From positions 1 to 38,540 of the forward strand of contig CAIVPW010000062.1 of assembly GCA_903907895.1 (NCBI GenBank): a stretch of 38,540 nucleotides of DNA. Reading direction: 5' to 3'. This document shows, piece by piece, positions 15,503 to 29,966 of this stretch (position 1 is the stretch's first letter; each line of letters starts with the position of its first letter). The DNA is from an uncultured Alphaproteobacteria bacterium. Lineage in GTDB: Bacteria > Pseudomonadota > Alphaproteobacteria > UBA2966 > CAIVPW01. Position numbers and translations under genes: made by a program. The notes below the pieces were generated by a model. It saw only the letters and a list, made by a program, of their open reading frames with translations. It was not told the origin of the DNA and did not search any database.

Positions 15503-17599
15503 ATGACTACGTATTCTGAAGGCGGTTGGCCGCGTCCGGCCAACGCCCATCTTACAACGCGCGTTTGCTTGTACTTGCTTGTGCCGGCGCTTGCGGGCGC
15601 GTTGCTTGCCAGCACGGCCCTTGCCCAGGGTGCCGAAGGACGCTCGCCGCTGGCGGTCACGGTGACGCGGCCCAATCTCGAGGAGGGCATCCCGGGCGTT
15701 GCGGCGACCGTGATCGATGCATCGAAGATCGCTACCACGCCGGCGCAGTCGGTACCGGCCCTGCTGGCACAGGAGCCCGGCGTCCAGTTCCGCGATCTGT
15801 TCGGCGGGCCTGGCGCGCGGACGTTCGTCGACATCCGCGGTTTCGGCGCCACGGCCGCAGAAAACACGCTGGTTCTGGTCAATGGCCGCCGCCTGAACGA
15901 CTTCGACAACGCCGGCGTCGAGTTCATCAACGTGCCGAAGGACTCCATTCGCCGCATCGAGGTGCTGCGCGGCAATTCGGCCGCGGTGTTGTATGGCGAT
16001 GGTGCCGTCGGTGGCGCCGTCAACATCATCGCGCGGCCGGCAGCGGGCAACAACGGGACCACGCTGCGTGGGGCTACGGGTTCGTTCTTGTTGAAGGAAG
16101 GTAGCGTCGCCACGTCGCGCTCGTCGCGCGACACGGCCATCTCTTTCGATGCCAACGCCATGTCCCAAAAGGGCTGGCGCGAGAACAACGAGCTCGAGCA
16201 GGCGGGCGCGGGTATCGAACTGCGCCGTTTCACCGACCGCGGCGAGTGGTACGGAACGTTTGCCACCGACACGCAGCATCTTGGGTTGCCCGGCGCACGC
16301 CGGTTCGACCTCTCCGGTGGCGAGAACATCGTCAATATCGCTCCTCGCGGCGCCACCACGCCCACGGACTTTGCCGACCAGCTGGGCAACCGCGCGGTCC
16401 TCGGCCTCTCGAAGCTGCTGCCGGGTGGCGGTGAGCTTGCCGTCGATGGGGGGCTGCGCGTGAAGCAGCAGGACTCGATCGTCATCAGCGCGTCCGGCCC
16501 GGCGTTCGACCAGGTCACCAACACACGCCTCGCGACTTATTCGTTCACACCGCGCGTGCGGTGGGAGCCGGAGGGCAGCGCGCTGCGCGGTATCACGGGC
16601 CTCGACTACTACTACTCCGACTACAACCAAGTCTCGCGACAGGGGACCGGCGAGGTGCCCGTGCATCGGTACGACCTGAAGCAGCACAGCCTGGGCGTCT
16701 ATGGCCAGGGCTCGATGCCGATTGCGCGCGCGACCGAGGGATCGGCGGGTCTGCGACTGCAATATGTTCGCTTCACCGGCGGTGACATCATCGACCCCGA
16801 CTACGTCACGTCGTTCGGCGGCGATCCGTTCGACGGCCATCGCGGTTCCCAGCGCATCAACCAAGCGCAGTGGGCAGGCCACCTGGGCCTGGAGCGCACG
16901 TTGAATCCGCAAACGAGCGTGTTCGGACGTCTGGGGCGTGCGTTCCGCATGCCGACGGTGGATGAGCGTGTTCTGTCGAGTGCCACCTACGACTCATTCG
17001 ACCTGAGCACGCAGGTTTCGTGGGACGCAGAGCTTGGGGCACGCCGGCGGATAGGAAACGCGACCGTGCGCGGCAGCGCGTTCGTGATGCAGCTCAAAAA
17101 CGAGATCGTTTTTAACTCGACGACGTTCCTGAACGAGAACATCGATCCGACCCAGCGCGCGGGCCTCGAAGCGGGGGCCGACATTCCGCTGGCCGACCGC
17201 TGGAACCTCGGCCTTGCCGCCACTTGGCTGCAGGCGAAATTCCGCCAAGGTCAATTCGCAGGCAAGGCCGTGCCGCTGGTTTCTCCGTGGACCGGGAGCG
17301 CCAATGTGCGCTGGGAATTCACGCGGGACTGGTTCTTCACCGGAACCATGACTGCCGTGGGCCCGCGGCGCATGGAGAACGACGAGGACAACGAAGGACC
17401 GAAAATCCCGGCCCACGCGCTGTTCGATGCCCGCCTTGCCACACAGCAGGGGGCGTGGACCTTCGCGGCCCAGGTCAACAACCTCCTCGATCGCGACTAC
17501 TTCACCTACGCGGTGCAGAGCACGTCGAATATGCAAATCTACAATGCCTATCCGTTGCCGGGCCGCAGCTGGCGGGTCGACGCGGGGGTGAAGTTCTAG
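15503..17599 (+). CDS. btuB: TonB-dependent receptor, probable vitamin B12 transporter
   Basis: Signal peptide, plug motifs DIRGFG...LVLVNGRRLN and IRRIEVLRG.SAAVLYGDGAVGGAVNII, C-terminal NLLDRDY...PGR...VKF. Lies behind the B12 riboswitch. Confidence 0.85.
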   Translation: MTTYSEGGWPRPANAHLTTRVCLYLLVPALAGALLASTALAQGAEGRSPLAVTVTRPNLEEGIPGVAATVIDASKIATTPAQSVPALLAQEPGVQFRDLFGGPGARTFVDIRGFGATAAENTLVLVNGRRLNDFDNAGVEFINVPKDSIRRIEVLRGNSAAVLYGDGAVGGAVNIIARPAAGNNGTTLRGATGSFLLKEGSVATSRSSRDTAISFDANAMSQKGWRENNELEQAGAGIELRRFTDRGEWYGTFATDTQHLGLPGARRFDLSGGENIVNIAPRGATTPTDFADQLGNRAVLGLSKLLPGGGELAVDGGLRVKQQDSIVISASGPAFDQVTNTRLATYSFTPRVRWEPEGSALRGITGLDYYYSDYNQVSRQGTGEVPVHRYDLKQHSLGVYGQGSMPIARATEGSAGLRLQYVRFTGGDIIDPDYVTSFGGDPFDGHRGSQRINQAQWAGHLGLERTLNPQTSVFGRLGRAFRMPTVDERVLSSATYDSFDLSTQVSWDAELGARRRIGNATVRGSAFVMQLKNEIVFNSTTFLNENIDPTQRAGLEAGADIPLADRWNLGLAATWLQAKFRQGQFAGKAVPLVSPWTGSANVRWEFTRDWFFTGTMTAVGPRRMENDEDNEGPKIPAHALFDARLATQQGAWTFAAQVNNLLDRDYFTYAVQSTSNMQIYNAYPLPGRSWRVDAGVKF

Positions 17600-17658
17600 G
17601 CGTCTTAACCAAAGCTCCGCAGTAGCGCGGGCGGCGGCGGGGCGGGTAAGCTTCCTAG

Positions 17659-18081
17659 GTGGAGTTCGACCCGTCCCGCCGCCGCTGCCTGCTGTTGCTC
17701 CTCGCGGCACCGTTTGTGCCGATGCGCGGTGCCGAGGCCGCCGCATATGCGCAGACCGGATACGCATCGTGGTATGGCCGCGCGCATCACGGCCAGCCGA
17801 CGGCAAGCGGAGAGCGCTTCGACATGAATGCGCTCACTGTTGCGCATCCCACCCTGCCCATGTCGTCGTACGTGCGGGTGACCAACCTCGAGAACGGGCG
17901 CAAGGCGATCCTGCGCGTGAACGACCGTGGGCCGTTTGCGCGCAACCGCATAGTCGACGTGACCCGGCGCGGGGCCGAGATGCTCGGGTTCGCCGCCAAG
18001 GGAACGGCCCGCGTTCGGGTCGAGGAGGTGCCGCCGCCCCAGGTGACGCCGCGGCCCACGCCGAAGCCCATCCCGGTCTAG
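17659..18081 (+). CDS. rlpA: RlpA-like double-psi beta-barrel lytic transglycosylase (no SPOR domain)
   Basis: GYASWYG..HHG..TASGERFDMNALT.AH.TLP..SYVRVTNLENG....RVNDRGPF...RI.D. Confidence 0.9.
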   Translation: MEFDPSRRRCLLLLLAAPFVPMRGAEAAAYAQTGYASWYGRAHHGQPTASGERFDMNALTVAHPTLPMSSYVRVTNLENGRKAILRVNDRGPFARNRIVDVTRRGAEMLGFAAKGTARVRVEEVPPPQVTPRPTPKPIPV

Positions 18082-18101
18082 TCAACGCGCCGCAGGGGCG
18101 C

Positions 18102-18115
18102 TTAATCCAGGTTAA
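18102..18115. promoter_or_regulatory. Fnr/FixK-like palindromic site
   Basis: TTAAT-CCAG-GTTAA, similar to TTGAT-N4-ATCAA. It sits about 41 bp upstream of a plausible start site (-10 CATAGT at 18138-18143). Confidence 0.5.
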
Positions 18116-18181
18116 GTCGTCTACGCCCGCCCCGGTTCATAGTGGCAATCATCTGATGTTGCCGCTGCAAGGAGAACCGAC

Positions 18182-18343
18182 ATGGCGCCGACCTTCTTCC
18201 AATGGGCCTACCTGGGTATGGCAATCACCGGCTGGGTGGCTTTCGCCGTGGTCGTGAACTGGGCGACGAACCGCACGGTTCCGAAGGCAGGCACCCAGGG
18301 TGTGATGGGCGCCCCCGTCGGAGCCCACGCCGCCCGGGCATAA
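18182..18343 (+). CDS. Unannotated 53-aa single-TM small protein
   Basis: Hand translation MAPTFFQWAYLGMAITGWVAFAVVVNWATNRTVPKAGTQGVMGAPVGAHAARA*. AAGGAG RBS at 18169-18174. Below the ORF-track length cutoff. Confidence 0.7.
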   Translation: MAPTFFQWAYLGMAITGWVAFAVVVNWATNRTVPKAGTQGVMGAPVGAHAARA

Positions 18344-18402
18344 CTACTTACTGGGCCTTCCAAGACTTGCGCCGCGATCCCCCGATCGCGGCGCAAGTGT
18401 TT

Positions 18403-19104
18403 TCAGGCAACGAGTGCCTCTTGCGCGAGCCGCGCCGAGTCCAAAACCTCCAGCAAATGGCCGCTGGTCGAGACGATGCCGTCGTCGCGCAGCGCCTTCA
18501 ACGTACGGCTGACATGCACCGGGGTCAGGCCGAGCGCATCGCCGATGTGCTCCTGGGTCAGCGGCAGAGAAACGGGTTCAGCCATTCCGCTTTGCCGGGC
18601 ACGCTGCTGCAGGTCGTGCAGCAGGTGCGCAATACGCTCGCGGGCGTTGCGCCGGCCTAGGCTCGCCTGCTGCTGGAACGCGTGGGCTTGGGCGTGCCAA
18701 GCCGTGCAGGCGAACGACATCGCCAGCTCCGGCACTTCCCGCAAAAGACGCACGGTGCCTTCGCGGGGCAGAACGCAGACGGTGACGTCGGTCAGTGCCT
18801 CGGCCGAGTAGGCGAGCACGGCGCCGCTCTCGGGCTGGAATCCGAGGAATGCACCCGGCAGGACGAATTCATGGATCTGCCGCCCCCCATCGGGGAGCAG
18901 GCTGTACAGCATCACCCACCCCGACTTGACGGTGAAGAATGCGCCCCCGCGTTCGCCGGACCGCAGCAGGTGACCCCCGCGCGGCACGAGTTGGTCGTGC
19001 AGGCGCGTGGCCTCCACTTCGCGCAGCTGTGCGTCTGTAAGGGGGGCACAGATGGTCTGGTGCCGAACCAGGCATCCGACGCAGGAGTGAGGAGCGGGTT
19101 GCAT
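18403..19104 (-). CDS. Crp/Fnr family transcriptional regulator (Fnr-like Cys motif)
   Basis: N-terminal CxxCx7C plus an internal Cys (VTVCVLP), DGGRQI..F.LPG.F.G, LGRR.ARERIAH, HTH LTQEHIGDALGLTPVHVSR. Confidence 0.9.
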   Translation of the reverse strand: MQPAPHSCVGCLVRHQTICAPLTDAQLREVEATRLHDQLVPRGGHLLRSGERGGAFFTVKSGWVMLYSLLPDGGRQIHEFVLPGAFLGFQPESGAVLAYSAEALTDVTVCVLPREGTVRLLREVPELAMSFACTAWHAQAHAFQQQASLGRRNARERIAHLLHDLQQRARQSGMAEPVSLPLTQEHIGDALGLTPVHVSRTLKALRDDGIVSTSGHLLEVLDSARLAQEALVA

Positions 19105-19189
19105 ACGTGGAAGATCCGCCGGCCGTGGAACGACCGGCGGATTCTAGGAGGGTAGGGAGAGGCGGGGCATCCGTGCCTTTACGTACCGT

Positions 19190-20614
19190 TCAGCGTGGCA
19201 GGGTGCTGGAGCCCATCAGGAACTCGTCCACCGAGCGGGCGCACTGACGGCCCTCGCGGATCGCCCAGACCACCAGGGACTGGCCGCGGCGCATGTCGCC
19301 GGCGGCGAACACCTTGTCGACCGACGAGCGGTACCGGTTGGTGTCGGCCTCAACGTTGCCTCGCTTGTCTTTGGCGACGCCCAGGTCGTTCAGCAGACCC
19401 TCGTGCACGGGGCTGACGAACCCCATGGCGAGGAGAACGAGGTCGGCCTTGAGAGTGAATTCGCTGCCCGGGATCTTCTGCATCTTGGCGTCGAGTCGCA
19501 CCGCATGGAGCGTGGTGACCTTGCCGTCCTGGCCGGTGAACTTCTCGGTGGCGACGGAGAAGTCGCGCTCGGCGCCCTCTTCCTGCGAGGAGGACACGCG
19601 GAGCTTGAGCGGCCACTCGGGCCAAGTCATGGCCTTGTTTTCCTTGTTCGGCGGGCGCGGCATGATTTCGAGCTGCGTCACCGACAGAGCGCCTTGGCGG
19701 TAGGACGTGCCGATGCAGTCCGAGCCCGTGTCGCCGCCGCCGATGACGACGACGTGCTTGCCGCCTGCGAGGATCTCGCGATTGGTGCCAAGCGCCTCAC
19801 CGCCGACGCGGCGGTTCTGCTGGGGCAGGAATTCCATCGCCAGATGGATGCCGTCGAGCTCGCGGCCGGGCGCGCTCAAGTCGCGTGCCTGCTCGGCGCC
19901 GCCGGAGAGTACGACGGCATCGAACTCCTTCAGGAGCTGTGCGGCCGGAACGTCCTTGCCGACGTGTACGCCGGTGCGGAACGTGACGCCTTCGGCTTCC
20001 ATCTGCGCCACGCGGCGGTCGATGGAGAGTTTCTCCATCTTGAAGTCCGGGATGCCGTAGCGGAGCAAGCCGCCTGCCTTTTGGTTCTTCTCGAACAGCG
20101 TAACTGCGTGGCCGACGCGTGCCAGCTGCTGCGCGCAGGCGAGACCTGCGGGGCCTGATCCAATGACCGCGACATTCTTGCCGGTGCGCTTGCCCGGGAC
20201 CTGGGGTACGACCCAGCCCTCTTTCCAGCCGTGATCGATGATCGCGCATTCGATCGACTTGATGGCAACCGGGTTGTCGTCAATGTTCAGCGTGCATGCC
20301 GCCTCGCATGGCGCAGGGCAGATGCGGCCGGTGAACTCCGGGAAATTGTTGGTGGAGTGCAGGTTGTCCAGCGCCTCCCGCCAACGGCCGCGGTACACGA
20401 GGTCATTCCAGTCCGGAATGATGTTGTGGACCGGGCATCCCGTCGGGCCGTGGCAGAACGGGATGCCGCAATCCATGCAGCGCGCACCCTGCAGGGCGAG
20501 GTCCGCGTCGCTCGGCTGGTGAACGAACTCGTGGAAGTGCTTCACCCGTTCGGAGACGGGTTCGTAGTCTCGATCCCGGCGGGGGATTTCGAGGAAGCCG
20601 GTTACCTTGCCCAT
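19190..20614 (-). CDS. gltD: Glutamate synthase small subunit
   Basis: [74 protein letters not shown]. Confidence 0.97.
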   Translation of the reverse strand: MGKVTGFLEIPRRDRDYEPVSERVKHFHEFVHQPSDADLALQGARCMDCGIPFCHGPTGCPVHNIIPDWNDLVYRGRWREALDNLHSTNNFPEFTGRICPAPCEAACTLNIDDNPVAIKSIECAIIDHGWKEGWVVPQVPGKRTGKNVAVIGSGPAGLACAQQLARVGHAVTLFEKNQKAGGLLRYGIPDFKMEKLSIDRRVAQMEAEGVTFRTGVHVGKDVPAAQLLKEFDAVVLSGGAEQARDLSAPGRELDGIHLAMEFLPQQNRRVGGEALGTNREILAGGKHVVVIGGGDTGSDCIGTSYRQGALSVTQLEIMPRPPNKENKAMTWPEWPLKLRVSSSQEEGAERDFSVATEKFTGQDGKVTTLHAVRLDAKMQKIPGSEFTLKADLVLLAMGFVSPVHEGLLNDLGVAKDKRGNVEADTNRYRSSVDKVFAAGDMRRGQSLVVWAIREGRQCARSVDEFLMGSSTLPR

Positions 20615-20617
20615 GGA

Positions 20618-25246
<4,629 letters not shown>

Positions 25247-25554
25247 GTCTGTGTGCACTCGTACCTGTCCCTGCGGGCGCACTGCAACGCGCACAAACCC
25301 GCGCACAGAACGGCCCGCCCCCGCGGACTACGCGCCCTGCGCTACCTTGGTACTGCTTGGCCCTGGTTCGACCTTGGACGCGCTGTGGCAGTGCCAACCC
25401 GCTGCGTTCTAGGCCCCGATGGGATCCGGGCGTACCGGACCCGGAAATATGCTCCAAGTCGGGCAGGAATTCACGGTTTTCTGACGGGATGGCGCAGGCA
25501 CGCGTCCGCTGCGGCGCCGGGCCGCAGGCGGGAGCCGGGCAGGGCGGCGGCTGG

Positions 25555-25923
25555 CTACTCCGGGCGGTGGCAGACCGCTTCGATGTTGTGCCCGTCGGGG
25601 TCCAGTACGAAGGCGCCGTAGTAGGCGGGGTGATACTCGGGGCGCAGGCTTGGCTTGCCGTTATCCGTGCCGCCGGCCGCGATGGCCGCCTTATAGAAGG
25701 CGTCCACCTGCGCGCGGTTCTTTGCGGCGAAGGCAACGTGAATACGGGAGGGGGCAGGGCCGTAGGTGCCGATCCAGAATTCGGGCTGCTTGTCGGGCCC
25801 GAATGCGACGTGATCCTTGCCCTCCATCACAGGCTTGAGGCCGAGAGCACCGAGGGCAGCGGCGTAGAACGCCCTGCTCTTGGCAAAGTCGGAGACGTTG
25901 AAGCCAAGGTGATCGAAGGGCAT
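25555..25923 (-). CDS. VOC (glyoxalase/bleomycin resistance) family protein
   Basis: FDHLG..VSD...S..FY, HVAF.A..R..VDAFY.AA..AGG.DNG.P..RP.YH..YYGAFVLDPDGHNIEAVC. Confidence 0.9.
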   Translation of the reverse strand: MPFDHLGFNVSDFAKSRAFYAAALGALGLKPVMEGKDHVAFGPDKQPEFWIGTYGPAPSRIHVAFAAKNRAQVDAFYKAAIAAGGTDNGKPSLRPEYHPAYYGAFVLDPDGHNIEAVCHRPE

Positions 25924-25942
25924 CGCGGGTCTTTCTTGTGGA

Positions 25943-27193
25943 CTAGTGGACGCGAGACGGGGCTGCGCTCGGCATGACCGTATCGGTAAGATTCGCCTCG
26001 GCCAGGTCGGCCTTGGTCAGAACCGCGCCGTCCAGGTTGGCGCGGGCGAGGTTGGCGCCGCGTAGGTTGGCTGCCTCGAGATTGGCGCCGCGCAGGTCGC
26101 AGTCGGCGAGGTCGGCACCCGAGAGATCGGCGCCCGCCAGCGCTGTCGGCCAGGAGCGAGCCGCCCCGTTTTCACTGCGCAGAGGCGCTTTGCTCAGCAG
26201 GGCACGCCGCAGCTTGGCATTCAGGAGCTGGGCATCCTTCATGTTCGAGCCGCGCAAGTCCGCATGGCTGAAATCCGCTTCAGTGAGATTCGCGCCGGAG
26301 AAGTCGGCGAACATGAGCATCGCGCGCACAAAGCTCGCACCGCGCAGGTCGGCGCCGGCGAAGTTGGCGACGTTGAGCACCATGCCGGCGAAATCCGCGT
26401 CCTGGAGCGGAACACCCGACAGTTCGGCGCGCTTCCCGCGCTTGCCTGCGCTCTCGACCCAGGTCAGGTGATCCTTCAGTACCGCCTGCACGTCGAGCGG
26501 GAAGGAGTCGAGACGCTTGGCGTGAACCGAGTCCCGGATATCGGCGCTGGAGAGGTCGACGTCCTTCAGAGTGGCGCCCTTGAAGTTCGAGCCCTGGAAT
26601 TTGGCGAACTTGACGTTGGCGTGAGACAGGTTGGCGCCCGCCAGATCTGCTTGCTGCATCTTGGCGCCCTCCAGGTTGGCGCCGCTCAAGTCGGCGCCAG
26701 ACAGGTTGGCGCGGACGACCTGGACCTTTTTCATTTCCGCGTTGCGCAGCGAGGCGTCCGCGAGACAGGTCTCCGTCATCATCGCGCCGTTCAGCTTCGA
26801 CTCGTCCATCTCCGCCTCGGATAAGTCGGCGAACGCGCGCTTGTCGCTCCCCGACAAAGTGCCTGGGCGCAGGTCGGCCTCGCTGAGGTTGGCGCCCTTC
26901 AGCTTTGCGCCGTGCAGTTGGGCGCCCCGCATGTCGGCACGGAAGAAGCTAGCGCCCTTGGCGTCGCAGTCGGACAAGTTGGCGCAAAAGAGGTCGGAAA
27001 AGCCTAGGTCCGCTTCGTGCAGAGTGGAGCGGCTGAGATTGATGCCGCTCAGGATGGCGCCGGACAGGTTGATACGTGGAAATCGAAGGCCGGAGAGGTT
27101 GATGAATCGCAACTCGGCGCGCTTGCCGCCTGGACGGCCCGCGACGTATCGCTGGTGCGCCAACACCGCATTGGCAAACTCTTGTGGCGTCAC
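25943..27193 (-). CDS. Pentapeptide-repeat protein with two tandem modules
   Basis: Dozens of A(D/N)L(S/R)G repeats. Each module opens with H..(Y/W)V......GKRAEL. GGAG RBS. Confidence 0.9.
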   Translation of the reverse strand: MTPQEFANAVLAHQRYVAGRPGGKRAELRFINLSGLRFPRINLSGAILSGINLSRSTLHEADLGFSDLFCANLSDCDAKGASFFRADMRGAQLHGAKLKGANLSEADLRPGTLSGSDKRAFADLSEAEMDESKLNGAMMTETCLADASLRNAEMKKVQVVRANLSGADLSGANLEGAKMQQADLAGANLSHANVKFAKFQGSNFKGATLKDVDLSSADIRDSVHAKRLDSFPLDVQAVLKDHLTWVESAGKRGKRAELSGVPLQDADFAGMVLNVANFAGADLRGASFVRAMLMFADFSGANLTEADFSHADLRGSNMKDAQLLNAKLRRALLSKAPLRSENGAARSWPTALAGADLSGADLADCDLRGANLEAANLRGANLARANLDGAVLTKADLAEANLTDTVMPSAAPSRVH

Positions 27194-27524
27194 CGCGAAT
27201 CTCCCGCCCGAGATCCGCTTGCACCGCCCCTATGCCGTACCTTCACCGCCACTCCTTCACGCAGCTGAGCCAACCTAGCGCCGCACGCGCGTGCAAGGGT
27301 GCTCTGTTTCGAATGGTCCGCCCCGCGCCGATGACCATGTGACATCGAAGCACCCATGCCCAAGGCCAAGCCATACGATGGAGTGCCGAAGTAGCGGAGG
27401 GACAGGACCTAGGCAACCCTTAATGACAACTCCACAGGCCCGGCGCGGGATGACGAGGCGTCGAACGAGCCGAAGGTTGGTGTGGCGCCATTCGTTGGCC
27501 AGACCGGGCTATAACTTCCGCGCC

Positions 27525-29933
27525 ATGACGCCTGCCGCACCCGATGCCCGCCCGGCACCTCTATTGATGCCGGTCTATGCAGCAACGTTGTTTCTCAGCG
27601 CGTTCCTGCTGTTCGCGGTCCAGCCAATGTTCACCAAGATGGTGCTGCCGCGGCTGGGCGGTTCTCCGGCCGTCTGGAACACCGCCATGGTGTTCTTTCA
27701 GGCAACGCTGCTCGGCGGGTACCTCTACGCTCACTTGAGTGCGCGCCTGTTCAGCCTGCGGGTGCAGCAGATTGCACACGCGGTCCTGCTGCTGGCCGCC
27801 GTCGTGTTCTTACCGATTGCGCTGTCGCCGGACGCGGTGCCGCCCGAGGAGGGCACGCCCGTCGCCTGGTTGCTCGGGGTGCTGGCCGTGTCGGTAGGGT
27901 TGCCGTTTCTGGCGGTTTCGGCGACCGCGCCACTGCTGCAGCGTTGGTTCGCGCACGTCGATCACCCGCACGCGGCCGACCCATACTTCCTCTACGGCGC
28001 GAGCAACCTAGGCAGCCTGCTCGCGCTGCTTGGCTATCCGGTGGCGATCGAGATGACGTTGGGACTGCGCGCGCAGTCGTTGGGCTGGACGGCCGGCTAT
28101 GTGCTGCTGGTGGTCGCCATCGGTGCGTGCGGCTGGCTGGCGCGCCGACACTACCGCGCCGCGGAAGCATCCCCGGGCAGAGAGTCCAGTGGCTTGGTGC
28201 AGAACGTGACGTGGCTGCTGCGCCTGCGATGGCTCCTGCTGGCGTTGGTGCCGTCGAGCATGCTGCTGGGCGCTACCCTGCACGTCGGCACCGACATCGC
28301 GGCGGCGCCATTCTTGTGGGTGCTGCCACTCGCCTTGTACTTGCTGTCGTTTGTGCTCGTGTTCGCGCGCCGGCCGCTGTTCAGCAACCAATGGATGCTG
28401 GCGGCGCAGGCGCTGTGGCTCGTGCTGGTCGCAGTGCTGTTCGAGACCCCACACCTGTACGTGCTGCTGCTTCTGCACGTGGGCGGCGTCTTCTTCACTG
28501 CAATGGTGTGCCACGGCGAACTCGCGCGCCTGCGGCCGGTGACGAGCCGCCTCACGGAGTTCTACCTGTGGATGTCGCTCGGCGGTGTCGTCGGCGGGGT
28601 ACTGTCGTCGATCGTTGCGCCCTTGATATTCAACAGCGTCTACGAGTACCCGCTCGCCATGCTTGCGGCGGTGCTGCTGCGGCCGTGGCGCACGGTGTCG
28701 AGGGTGAGCGACCGCCTCGGTTGGCGCCGGGCCGGCGCCCCGCCGGCAGTTTCTTGGGCGCTCGACATTCTCCTGCCGGTTGGCCTGTGGTTCCTCCTGA
28801 TTGAGGACCGTTGGCGCAAGCTGTGGCATGCCGCCAGTACGTGGCTGTTCGAGAACGATGTTGCCGGCCTGGCGACGCGCACGGCCGAGTCCTACGTGCC
28901 CTGGGATCAGGTGCTGGCAGGCGGCGGCTTCACCGTCTCGACCATCGTGTTGCTGTTGGTGCTCTCCCGGCGTCCGCTGCGGTTTGCGCTCGGCATCGTT
29001 GCGGTACTCGCGGTCTTGTCCCCAGACGTGCTCGGTACCATCCGCTACCAGTTCAACCCCGGCGCCAGTCTTCCCAAGTTCGCCTGGAGTACGCCCGACT
29101 ATCGCCTCGAGCGTGTGCGCAGCTTTTTCGGGGTGTATTCGGTGAACTTCACCGACGCGCCTGGCGGCCGTTACCACGTGCTGGTCAACGGCACGACCAA
29201 TCACGGTGCGCAAAACCGCACGCTACCGTTGCTGCCGATCACCTACTACGCGCGCGAAGGTCCGGTGGGACAGGCGTTCGCGTTGCTTCGGATGGGAGAG
29301 GTGCCGAAGCGCCTGGCCGTCATCGGCCTCGGCGTCGGTGCTTTGTCATGCTTCGTCGGCGACGACCAGAGCATGACATTCTTCGAGATTGACCCGGTCG
29401 ATGCGCGTCTGGCGCAGGATGATCGATACTTCAGCTACCTGAAGGACTGTCCGCGCGGTCCGGTGGACGTGGTGCTGGGCGACGGACGCCTGAACATAGC
29501 GAAAGTGCCGGATGGTGCGTTCGACGTGATCATGGTCGACGCATTCAGCGGCGATGCCATCCCCGTGCACCTGCTGACCCGAGAGGCCATCGAACTCTAC
29601 AAGCGCAAGCTGTCGCCGAAGGGAATGATCATGTTCCACATCACGAACACCTACATCGACCTGCGGTCGGTGGTGGCGAACGTGATCGCGGACGCCGGCC
29701 TGCACGCTCGCCACGTTGACTTCAACATGCAGATGATGACGCCATTCGCCCTGCCATCCGAATGGGTGGTGGCTGCGCGGCCGGAGGAGAACGATCTGCT
29801 GCGGTTCACCTGGCTGCTGACGCCATGGGCGGAACTGAAACCCGATCCGAACGGGCCGGTGTGGACCGACGACCGTTCCAACATCCTGCGCCACCTGCGC
29901 TGGCGCCAGTACGGCGTGATCCCCGCCGAGTGA
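27525..29933 (+). CDS. Multi-TM protein fused to a spermidine-synthase-like SAM-binding domain
   Basis: LFLSAFLLF.VQPM..KM.LP.LGGSPAVWNT, DPYFLY.ASNLGS, CHGELA..RP, RSFFGV, VIGLGVG, FEIDP, GDGR, DAFS.DAIP.HLLT.EA, WTDD.SN. Confidence 0.88.
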   Translation: MTPAAPDARPAPLLMPVYAATLFLSAFLLFAVQPMFTKMVLPRLGGSPAVWNTAMVFFQATLLGGYLYAHLSARLFSLRVQQIAHAVLLLAAVVFLPIALSPDAVPPEEGTPVAWLLGVLAVSVGLPFLAVSATAPLLQRWFAHVDHPHAADPYFLYGASNLGSLLALLGYPVAIEMTLGLRAQSLGWTAGYVLLVVAIGACGWLARRHYRAAEASPGRESSGLVQNVTWLLRLRWLLLALVPSSMLLGATLHVGTDIAAAPFLWVLPLALYLLSFVLVFARRPLFSNQWMLAAQALWLVLVAVLFETPHLYVLLLLHVGGVFFTAMVCHGELARLRPVTSRLTEFYLWMSLGGVVGGVLSSIVAPLIFNSVYEYPLAMLAAVLLRPWRTVSRVSDRLGWRRAGAPPAVSWALDILLPVGLWFLLIEDRWRKLWHAASTWLFENDVAGLATRTAESYVPWDQVLAGGGFTVSTIVLLLVLSRRPLRFALGIVAVLAVLSPDVLGTIRYQFNPGASLPKFAWSTPDYRLERVRSFFGVYSVNFTDAPGGRYHVLVNGTTNHGAQNRTLPLLPITYYAREGPVGQAFALLRMGEVPKRLAVIGLGVGALSCFVGDDQSMTFFEIDPVDARLAQDDRYFSYLKDCPRGPVDVVLGDGRLNIAKVPDGAFDVIMVDAFSGDAIPVHLLTREAIELYKRKLSPKGMIMFHITNTYIDLRSVVANVIADAGLHARHVDFNMQMMTPFALPSEWVVAARPEENDLLRFTWLLTPWAELKPDPNGPVWTDDRSNILRHLRWRQYGVIPAE

Positions 29934-29966
29934 GGAGAGCGGGCTGCCGTTCGGCAGCCCGGCATC

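Noticed and set aside
17605-17612. TTAACC CtrA-like half site upstream of rlpA-1
   Set aside because: Single half site without the TTAA-N7-TTAA partner; too weak to call.
25382-25397. TGGCAC-N5-CAGC and the TGGCA-G-TGCCA palindrome upstream of gltB as a sigma-54 or regulator site
   Set aside because: Lacks the TTGC -12 element, and short palindromes like this arise by chance.
25943-27193. Periodic DNA repeats as a possible CRISPR or tandem array
   Set aside because: The 15-nt periodicity is explained by pentapeptide coding; there are no identical repeats with unique spacers.
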